A stretch of DNA of 17,938 nt from Paraspadella gotoi (Eukaryota; Animalia; Chaetognatha), in NCBI GenBank assembly GCA_051294375.1, contig JBJCIZ010001406.1, forward strand, positions 1-17,938. Reading direction: 5' to 3'. Position numbers and translations under genes: made by a program. Under the pieces are notes generated by a model that saw only the letters and a list, made by a program, of their open reading frames with translations, had not been told where the DNA came from and searched no databases. Each line of letters opens with the position of its first letter. The first letter of the stretch is position 1. Positions 9,160 to 17,938 of the stretch are shown here, one piece after another.

Positions 9160-10539
9160 CAAAACAACAAAAAAGAAGGCATTAACACAATTTTTTTTTA
9201 AATAAAACAATGATGTATGATGAATGTAATACTATATAAGAATACTGATATGATTACTGAAAAATGCCCTAAGAACCGAGTTAGGCGAGTTTTACCAATA
9301 AAACAAGATTGTCAATTAGTCGTTAATTTAAAGGACTATGACTCTTCGCTCTTAAAATGAGCACAGTTGTGTCATTGATCCGCGATTTCAGAAAATGTTT
9401 GATTGGAATAGGACCTGAAGTCAACAACCTTTGCGCACGATCGAAAATGGTTTGGAATAACATATACTACAATAAATGATGAGCTAATAAAAAAAACATT
9501 TAAAACCAACATCAATCGCTCTTACTAAAGTTGTTATTGTCACGTTCACTTGTATTTTGGCTGGTTTAGTCCTCTCGTGATAAATATAATAATTTAAATC
9601 ATTCTAAGCTTCAAACATATAAAACTTACATTCCGTCATTAACCCCTCCCTCCTAGTAGGGTGCGCTGAAAAATAACGAAATATAACAAATCAAGTGAGC
9701 GTACACTAGCCTATAAGTAATAAAGTCTGCTAAAATTCGATGCATGATAACACCATTTTGTATAGTCTCATCTTTTTTTGTCGCGAAATGGCGATTTTTG
9801 CGCATATAAGGTGCTATTAAAATGGAGCAAACATTGTACGGAGTATAAAAAACTCAACATATTAAGATTTATAAAAGTCATATTTAACTTACGATAATAT
9901 GAAAAATGAAGACCCATATAAATATTTTGGCATGTTTACCTTTACAAATTTTAATATTTTATTAATAGTTTGTTAGCTCATACTTTCATTAATTAAAAAT
10001 AATAAAAAATAGCTAAAGTGAAACAAATAAAATTTTAAAACCAGATTTGAATTCCCTTACAAAAAGTTGCATATAAGACAAGTATAATCCATTTTTAAAA
10101 AATTCTTTCATTAAGTAGGTTTAAAAATATTAAAACGATTATTTTTGTAATTTTTAATTTTTGGCTTAAAAATTATAGTTTTCTGAATTCTGATGACCAA
10201 CTTAATGACATAATTGTTGATATAAAAATAATATTTCTTATATCAACCTTTTTGCCCCAAAGAAACAAATCCATAAAAAAAAATTTTGAAATTATTATTT
10301 TTAACTTTAGCCCAATTCATTTTACTCATAATTATTAATATCACTATACTTAACTTGAAGAGGCTGGTTTTAACGGGCGCCCACACCCCCAGCTGGTGTC
10401 ACCTCGTGCGACAGCGAGACAGCGATGTTTCATGTAGTCCAGGAGCTTTGGATCTTTTTTTTTCTTGTTTCTATGGCAAAGCCTAGGCCATGCTACAGGC
10501 GGCTCTACCGGTCCATCTCCCACTTTCTACATGACACAA

Positions 10540-10603
10540 CCTCAGGGCTCGAACCCAGGCCACATTGGGATGGCTGCATATAGCATCCACTGAGCCACTG
10601 AGG
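10540..10603 (-). promoter_or_regulatory. tRNA-like Pol III type 2 promoter module in the TRIM1 3' LTR
   Basis: CCTCAG-TGGCTCAGTGG(A box)-31 nt-GGTTCGAGCCC(B box)-TGAGG; the ends CCTCAG/CTGAGG can pair. Confidence 0.8.
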
Positions 10604-10839
10604 CGCTGCTGAAAGTAACAGGCTCTTCAATCCCATCTGCTGGCTGGATAGGACACCAGACACGCCGCCCCAGGACTCTCGCACGTACTGAGAGTACGAA
10701 AGCAGGGATGAAGCGCATCGTCTCTCGCTTGAAACCTCCTCTATCCATTCTGGTGGCCCTTGCTAGCTGAAGTGGCAGCTGTGAGCTCAAACCACATCAA
10801 GGCAGAGGCAGCTATTACATGCCCGCGTTGCGTGTCGGG

Positions 10840-10857
10840 ATCACGTCGGGCTCACCA
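10840..10857 (-). promoter_or_regulatory. Primer-binding site, tRNA-Trp type
   Basis: TGGTGAGCCCGACGTGAT directly after the LTR's CA; 17/18 identical to the canonical tRNA-Trp PBS TGGTGACCCCGACGTGAT. Confidence 0.85.
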
Positions 10858-11027
10858 TGAAGGAGGCTGGTTCCTACAGGGCGCCCACACCCCGCCAGCG
10901 GTCTCACCTCGTGGCGACCAGCGGACAGCTGTTCACCTGTAGGTGTCCAGAGCTTTGAAATTCGGCAGTCAGGCCCCATGCCTACAGGCGGTTTTACCCG
11001 GTCCATCCCACTTCTACATGCACAACA

Positions 11028-11093
11028 CCTCAGCGGCTCGAAACCAGGCACGCACCACTTGCGACTGGTGATTAGTCCACTGAGCCACTGAGG
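11028..11093 (-). promoter_or_regulatory. tRNA-like Pol III type 2 promoter module in the TRIM1 5' LTR
   Basis: CCTCAG-TGGCTCAGTGG-...-GGTTTCGAGCCG-CTGAGG. Confidence 0.75.
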
Positions 11094-11963
11094 CGCTGTG
11101 AACAGAGTAACACTTTAATCCATCTGTGGTGATAGGACCACCAGAAACTAACTTTTATCAAAAACATAAAATTTAGAAATAAATTTACCAAAATCATTTT
11201 ATAAGCTCTTTATTTTATATTCAAAAGCTTATATTAAAATGTTCTATAAAATTTAATAATTTGATTATCATTAACTATAATTAATGGTTTTGCCTATTCT
11301 ATAACAATGTTTATATCATTAAAAAACCCTCCATTTCGACAAGAAAGATAAATATTATAACAAAAAACATGGTCATCACCATTAAATAATTACATACAGA
11401 TACATAGTACTACAAAAATAGCTATACCTCCACCTTGATTGTGTATATTTCTGTATTTTTCAACGCTCTACTAACCTAGGTATGTAGCGCTGGACAAAAC
11501 ATACCTGCCTTCTGAAACACCCATCATGTTGAATAACCTACGTTACATTAAAAAATTCGGGCACAAAGTACTTCTGAACTTTGTGTGTAAAAGATCGGCT
11601 CGCTTCTGCTTTTAAAAATAATTATAAAGAATATAATATGAATATAATATATAGTAGATTATTAAAATTTTGACAATGTCATTTATAAAGTTTAATAAAA
11701 ATTTTTAAAGATCTAATAGAGTTACAAACAGGTCAATCTTACAATTTTTAATAAACAATGGCGCGAGTAAAAAAAATAGCCACCAGGAATTTATTTTTGA
11801 CATTCAGCGTCAGTGGAAATCGTTCGTCGAGTAACCTCCAGCATTTCTGACTAACGCATTCCATTGGTTTAAACTACATCATTACTTTATAAAAAAAATC
11901 ATTAATTTAATATCTACACAATCGACAGCGACAAATCCAATACAGTACCTCCTCTTCACCCTC

Positions 11964-12262
11964 CCTCCAGCATTAAATCCAGATCACCCACTCCATCACC
12001 TATCTCCAGCCAATATATCGAAAAATCCTCGCTCCATCACCTGTCCCAAAACATTTCCCCTATCACTTGTCTATCTCCAGCATTAATCCAAACTCTCGCT
12101 CCATCACTAGTCTTATCTGCAGCAATTACAACCCAAAAATCTCTTCGATCCATCACCTAGTCTATCTCCAGGCATTAAAATTCCAAAAACACTTGCCCCA
12201 TGACCTGTCCATCTCCAGCATTAAATCCAAATCACTCACTCCATCACCTCTATCTCCAGCAG
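11964..12262. repeat. Degenerate ~39-bp minisatellite (~7-8 units)
   Basis: Recurring CTCCAGCATTAAATCCAAA...CTCCATCACCT(A/G)T(C)TAT. Confidence 0.85.
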
Positions 12263-12269
12263 CCTGTCC

Positions 12270-12640
12270 ATCCCGAATGATGTATTCGTTCTCGTCCTCG
12301 TTCTCCGGCGAGGGAACGTATTTAAGGAGGCCAAGTAGGTTGACGTTGAAGGCGGCCGAGTCGCGCCCGGGCAATCCGGCGGCAATCGTCAGTCTGCGGC
12401 GGCCGTCGGCGGCGTCGGCGGCGCGACGGCGCCGTCCTCCGCCCTGTCCGTAGACTGTCGTCCCTTCGGTCGTAGGGAGACGCCATTGCAAGGGAGTTTG
12501 AAAGATATAAGCGATTGGCAAAGTCGCTTGCGTTGTTCGATTCAAGGATGGCGATTTAGGGGGTAAGGTTCCGGGGGAGAAGCGCCGCGATATTGAAAGC
12601 GCCAAAACGGTTGGCCTAGGGCGGTCGTGGATGGGGGAAA
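12270..12640 (-). other. Isolated GC/CpG-rich island, possibly a coding exon or TE fragment
   Basis: Sharp GC rise with several overlapping open frames; no family motif recognised. Confidence 0.3.
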
Positions 12641-13256
12641 GGTCCTTTTTTTCGGTGATTTGAACGAAAATCTGGATTTTGGCCTTTTCGAGATTTTTGT
12701 ATTTGTCGTTTTCTCGATTTAAGACTTTGCTTTTTTTCGATTGGAGTTCGACCTTTTTAAGATTCCTGGATTCGAGTTTGAGCAGTTTTTTTCATTTGTG
12801 GATTAGTTTTCGATCGCTACTTTTTTAAATTATATTATATTATTTTAATAGACGGTAACATTAAATTTTTTTTCTGAAATAGAAGAAACAAACAATAACG
12901 CTTAAAACGATAAAAAAGCAATTAGGAAGGCAGAATAGCACTAAAAATAAACGATAAATTAATTAAAATTTAACAATTAGGAAATAAATCTCGGGACACT
13001 GAAAAATGTAAAAGTAATTAAGATGCCATGAAAATCAGGAGTAGTAAATATTATCATTAACATATTCACTAGGCATTGCAAAGTCTTTAAACAAACCCTC
13101 ATTTTAAAAAACTCATCAGCAAACAAACATCATCAGTTAACCGGATTAAAATTAATGGTATCTAAACATTATTATTAAAACTCAAAGACAAAAACAGGTA
13201 AAGGCAATATTAAAATATAATAAATAAATATAATATTAAAATTAAGATTATTTAAA

Positions 13257-13362
13257 ATTCATTCGGAGTTCATTCATTCATTCGAGTTCATTCATTCATC
13301 GAGTTCATTCATTCATCGAGTTCAGTTCATTCATCGAATTCATTCATTTCATTGAGTTTCAT
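13257..13362. repeat. (TTCA)n-based ~17-bp tandem repeat
   Basis: GAGTTCATTCATTCATC repeated about 5-6 times. Confidence 0.9.
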
Positions 13363-14259
13363 TAGGATGAATTTAGGGATGAAATTCTGAATAAAACTCA
13401 AATGAACATGAAAATACTTATTTTAAAATTTCAATATGGAAAAGATATGAGTAATTTAAAAAAATAAAAGATAAGCCAAAGATTGTGTCAGAGGCAAAAA
13501 AGCAGGAATGATACAAAATAGATTTTAAGTGAAAAAGGTGCTTTAAAAAAATGGGTGGTGTTAAAAATAATTCTTATTTTTAAAAGCAACATAAGAAGAT
13601 TATAGATTTTACAGATCACGTTAGTAAAAATAATTGATGAAGGCATATGCTGAGCACTTGGTTTTCATCCCGTTTTATCTTAAAAACTTATCAAGCAAAA
13701 GCATTACGAATTTGTATTGCAACCAAAGGCAATTTCAAAATTAAGGATTTAAAATTCTAATGCTTGAAATACAATTCTAGCATTTCTTCTTCTGGAATCG
13801 TTCAAAAAATGTTATTTTATTTCTTTTATCGACTCTACTAAATTGGAATTAAAAAAAAACCTAAAGCATTATCAAAGAAGCTGCCAAACAATGAAATTTA
13901 TAAACATCTTTCTTTTAAAAAAATAAGTAATAAGTTGAAGAAACGCCGATAAATTTTTTATTATGTATAAATCTCATAATCTATTTTTAATTATCATTAA
14001 AAAACTTGTGCAAAATATTTTTCTTGGTTAATTTTTCTTCGCATTTTTTAAAATTCAGTAATTTATATAATTATTCTTTTTGGCAGCAATACTAATTTTT
14101 TTTGAATTTAGATAGTATATGTCATATTTTGTAAAAATGTTTCAAAAGCAGTCAACCCTTATCGCTAATCCTTTATCCTACTTTTTAGCCTTAATTCCTA
14201 TCGTTCATTATCCCGATTTAAATTTTTCATCCAAAGCCCTCAGCAATAATAATCCCTTC

Positions 14260-14794
14260 TCCTTAATCATCTCTAAACCATTAATCCCTACCTTAATTGC
14301 TAACATCATTCTCTAACCATAATCCCTAACTAATCGCTAACATCATCTCTAACCATAATCCCTAACCTATAATTGCTAAACATCATCCTCCAACATAATC
14401 CCTAACTTTAATCGCTAACATCATCTCTAACCATAATCCCTAACCTTAATCGGCTAACATCATCTCCAACCATAATCACTACTCTTAATCGCTAACATCC
14501 ATTCCTCTAACCATATCCCTTAACCTTAATCGCTAACTCATCTCAACCATAATCCCTAACCTTAATTGCACATCATCTTCCAACCATAATCCTATCTTTA
14601 ATCGCTTAAACATCATCTGCTAACCATAATCCCTCACCTTAATCGCTAACATCATCTCCAACCATGTCCGCTAACCTTAATCGCTTAACATCATCTCTAA
14701 CCATTAATCCCTAACCTTAGATCGCTAACACTCATTCTCTAACCAAAAATCCCTATGCCTTAATCCGTAACATCATCTCTTACCAATAATCCCT
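14260..14794. repeat. 38-bp minisatellite made of telomere-like hexamer/heptamer variants (~14 units)
   Basis: Unit AACCATAATCCCTAACCTTAATCGCTAACATCATCTCT. Confidence 0.95.
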
Positions 14795-15625
14795 TTTCCT
14801 TTTCTGTTACGTGACTTCCTTACCAAATCTCTACACTTTTACTTTTACGCAGAATTTTTTAGAGGAATATTGCAAGAACTCTCAGTCACAGACGATTCGT
14901 TGTTTCGCTCATCAATTACAGCATCATACACCTTTTTCTATCGCTTGATGCTCCTCATACGGAGCATTGGAGGAAAAGCCGTCGTAAAAACATATTCTAC
15001 TAGGTAGCATAACCTTCAGTGCACGTTTGGGAACAATAGTCCCTGGGCTTTATGCCAAACGATACTTCCCTTCCCACGATGTTGTTCGTCTTTTCCGACA
15101 ATGTCAGAGATTTTTTTTCGGCTTTGTTATAAATAAAAACAAATATTTCGTAAAATCCTAGATAACGAAAGCCACTTCATGTCAGTTCTTAGAGAAACAT
15201 CGTCTTTTTTTCCTGGTGGCTCGATTTCGATAAATTTGGTACTATTCGACGTGGAATTACGTCTAGTTTATGAAATAAAAATTTCATTTAAAAATCGCGT
15301 CCACGCGTTCAAAAGTTTATGGGCCAAGAAACGACGAAAAATAGCGCCTTCGAGGGCATCAACTTTCGCAGCTCAACGAGCGAAAAAAGGTGCTTAACAT
15401 TAAGATTTGAACTACGTAGTACTAATCCTTAGGTGCCGACGGAATCGACGGGTAAAGCCGAAATCCTCGTCCGGGGCCAATTAGAAATTAACGGTAAATT
15501 ACGGAGCTGAACTACGGAGAGAAAAGCTGTGATATAGGAAACGAATTCATAAAGAGAAATAAGGTATATGGATCACTGCATCAAACTTAAATAAGTGGAT
15601 TTAATAAATAATTTATACCAATTGT

Positions 15626-15811
15626 GGGGTTTAATTTTATTTTCGCCCCACCGGGGTCAGCGGATTAAAGGTTATGGGTTAAAGTTAAGGTAGTTTAGGT
15701 TAAAGGTTATTAGCGTTAAGAGGGTTTATATCTTCTTTTTTAAAAATTAATATTAGAAATAATTTTTCAAAAAGACGCAAAACCCTGGTCGCGAAAAGTA
15801 AAATTTAACCC
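15626..15811. mobile_element. MITE, diverged copy of the 5039-5230 family
   Basis: GGGTTTAATTTTATTTTCGC...ACCGGGG / CCCTGGTCGCGAAAAGTAAAATTTAACCC, GGTTA-rich core, shared AAAAGA(C/A)GC.AAAACCC subterminal motif. Confidence 0.75.
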
Positions 15812-16018
15812 AAATTGGTTTACAATTTGATGACGATTGACTCCTTTGATTATCGTCGCTCTTTATCATTAATAATAACTCAATAATTATAATTTAATTT
15901 GTAATTAATAAATAATAATAATTACTTTATAATTAATTTTACTAATTTATTATTTTGTTTAATGCGAGTATAACCAAGGTATGGTGTTACTGATCTTTAA
16001 CGGACCTTACCTTCATAC

Positions 16019-16809
16019 TGGTGGCGGTATATTCTCACCACCTCACGCTCCACCATCCGTCAGCCAAATCCATTGGCTCAGAGGGGGAAACAACACATCC
16101 CAGGCGTAGTGTTCCACACAGTCCTAATGACTTCCCTCTGCGTTTGGGCAAAGCGAGACCGTCCTAGGGTAACCGCGCCAGTGACTGGGAGCCCGTCACT
16201 TGAGGGTCGGAAGCCCCCAAAGCAACAGTGAGATGCCCCATCCCAATGGGCATCACAGGCAACCCGGCTGTTTGCCATAAGTGGTGAGCCTCCCCATACT
16301 ATCGAACCCGCCAACCTACTCAGGTATTGCCTACAACAACGCCTATGCCCTGCGACTTTGGGTACGCTTACGACAAACGCCCTATGCCCCTGGTACCGCT
16401 ACTACAACACGCTATGCCCCCACAACTCGCGCTCTCCTTCTCTCTCCCACTTATAGGTAACAGTCTTGTTCAGGACACCTCTCAGGCTTGAGGCACACCT
16501 GAGTGATTGTCTTGGCCCGGGGATCCGTGTGGCTGGGAGTATTATTCTCACCACCTCACGTCCACCATTCCGTCAGCCTAAATCCCATTGGCTCCAAGAG
16601 GGAACACACCATCCCAGGCGTTGAAGTGTTCCATTCCGACAGTCCTAACGACTTTCCCTCTGGCGTAGGCCAAAGCGGAGACCGTCCTAGGGTAACCGCG
16701 CCAGTGTACTGGAGGCGTGCACGAGGTGTCGGAAGCCCGCCAAAGTCCAAACAGTGAGATGCCCCATCCCATATCACTGGGCATTCACAGGCACCCGGCT
16801 GTTGCCATA
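16019..16809 (+). mobile_element. TRIM2: miniature LTR retrotransposon
   Basis: LTRs 16019-16279 and 16528-16809 (TG(G)TGGC...GCCATA), 4-bp TSD ATAC (16015-16018 and 16810-16813), PBS-like TGGTGAGCC at 16282, ~250-bp non-coding interior. Confidence 0.85.
16323..16420. repeat. Three ~30-bp tandem units inside TRIM2
   Basis: GGTA..GC.TAC.ACAA.CGC.TATGCCC x3. Confidence 0.8.
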
Positions 16810-17206
16810 ATACTATTGTTGAGCGTTTCTGTTATTTTCTTACGACATTCGAATCATTAGTGTGTCTTATAAAAAAGTTATCTCCTCACTTAAAACGAAT
16901 TCAACATGAGGGTGATTCAGGTCCAAGAACGTAACCGTTGGACGCAGACACTTCATGCCCCGACCTTCGTCCGGCTTAAGCGCCCGTCCAGGCTCCTCCT
17001 GCCGCAGGCCGGTCGCCCCTCTGGTCGAGTTCGACGTGGGATCAATTGTTGGAACGCCACATGAATCATTCTTGCAGGCGTCGTCAGCTTGCGTGCTCTA
17101 TCATGCGACAGTCATCTGGACAGAGCTCAGCAGAAGAGATCTCTCGCAGGCTAAGCAGCCATCCTTCTCACCTACCTCAAACTCCACTTAGCTCATTTTT
17201 TAAATT

Positions 17207-17938
17207 GTCGGATCTGCCTTAGATAATTAAGGGGTGGTAATACAGTAATGCATATGGTAAATGACCAATATATTCTTACAATTTGTGATCCTTACTGATC
17301 TCATAACAGATCGTACCATACCAAACCAATGGCTGGGCCGAATACATGTTAATCGCTTGCCAATAGTATTAAACGAAAGTTAAACAAACAATATAATTTT
17401 TTTTAACTATTATTATTTTTTTTCCACTGTTTTTATCAACTTGCATCATTTTTTCAATTCACACTTTTTCACAATTGCATCATTTTTTCAATTTAATTAA
17501 TAATAAATTAAAACATTTATGATTAAGCATAAATATATAAAATTAAATCTATATGACTGGTTTTTTCTATACAAACTCTATTTCCACTACTCTAATTTCA
17601 TCGAAACTTTTATATCTCAAATATATATATATTAATATAGTATATATTATAATATATATATAATATGATTATATATCATTACACTGTTCCTACCCTACAC
17701 AGCAATTATGAATAAGTTTAATAAGTTAAAATATTAAAAAGATTTAATTAAATGTGACTTTATGTTTTTATCCATTTAAAACTCATTTTCACCTCACACG
17801 ATTCCATCGAAACATCTAATCCAGATCATCGACTAGATTAGAATCACGTGACCCAGAGGTGGGTTGTGAGTACCGCAAGCCCTCAATCACACACTTTCCT
17901 ACCCATTACAACAAAATTTCATTCCAATCCAACCATCC
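17207..17938 (-). mobile_element. DINE-1/Helentron-like element, copy C (runs off the window)
   Basis: GTCGGATCTGCC at 17207-17218; 17771-17938 is homologous to the central repeats at 1989-2250. Confidence 0.6.

Larger units (their letters stand above)
10356..11148 (-). mobile_element. TRIM1: miniature LTR retrotransposon with tRNA-like modules in both LTRs
   Basis: Direct repeats 10356-10662 and 10858-~11148, TG...CA termini (outer right end degraded), PBS 10840-10857, PPT-like GGGGCGGCG next to the 3' LTR, candidate TSD (T)AACT at 10351-10355 and 11146-11153. Confidence 0.85.
9654..11473. mobile_element. Non-autonomous DNA transposon with long (~290-bp) degenerate terminal inverted repeats; host of TRIM1
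   Basis: TAGTAGGGTGCGCTGAAAAATA (9654-9675) vs TATTTTTCAACGCTCTACTA (11454-11473); inner inverted matches ~9745-9799 vs ~11321-11380 and ~9860-9938 vs ~11180-11258. Confidence 0.6.

Noticed and set aside
9257-9303. Second hammerhead (CTGAAAAA-TGCCCTAA...TTAGGC-GAGT...AATAAA)
   Set aside because: A stem II-like hairpin is present but both catalytic boxes deviate; at most a dead relic.
10540-10603. Genuine tRNA gene
   Set aside because: Only ~64 nt, no proper anticodon arm, and duplicated as part of the LTRs.
10684-10705. CTGAGA-GTAC-GAAA mini-hammerhead in the TRIM1 interior
   Set aside because: The core is one base short and there is no stem III or cleavage triplet; better read as a simple CGTAC hairpin.
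14260-14794. CRISPR array or true telomere
   Set aside because: Head-to-tail units with no unique spacers, internal location, and not pure CCCTAA.
14885-14932. Minus-strand hammerhead-like ATGATGCT...AGCGAAAC...GTC
   Set aside because: The CUGA is missing and stem I does not pair.
15050-15600. Gene (ORF 15179-15397) or defined DNA transposon
   Set aside because: Looks like the interior of a non-autonomous repeat, but I could not establish termini or a protein motif.
16677-16700. 5S rRNA-like GGAGACCGTCCTAGGGTAACCG in the TRIM2 LTR
   Set aside because: Short partial match to the 5S 3' region with no upstream A box in the correct order.

Overview
AT-rich eukaryotic (probably metazoan) repeat-dense DNA with a 100-N scaffold gap (4521-4620) and no intact protein-coding gene; most ORFs in the supplied track are spurious. 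Positions 136-3976 and 4621-7143 form a large inverted duplication around the gap. The arms differ by TE insertions and indels, so they are most likely two haplotypes joined in opposite orientation. Both arms carry a fragmented Ty3/Gypsy remnant (LTR, gag pieces, integrase GPF/Y tail). The most interesting elements are: (1) a ~790-bp TRIM (10356-11148) whose two LTRs each contain a tRNA-like Pol III A/B-box module and which has a tRNA-Trp-type PBS, nested in a long-TIR DNA element; (2) a ~220-bp Penelope-like insertion (640-857) with an intact minimal hammerhead ribozyme between 47-bp inverted repeats, with its empty site in the other arm; (3) a second TRIM (16019-16809) with TG...TA ends and a 4-bp TSD. 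Also present are DINE-1/Helentron-like copies, a MITE family with telomere-like repeats, a truncated LINE 3' end, an SGNH-esterase relic and several minisatellites. Parts of the sequence look like unpolished long-read consensus with many small indels, which limits base-level certainty.
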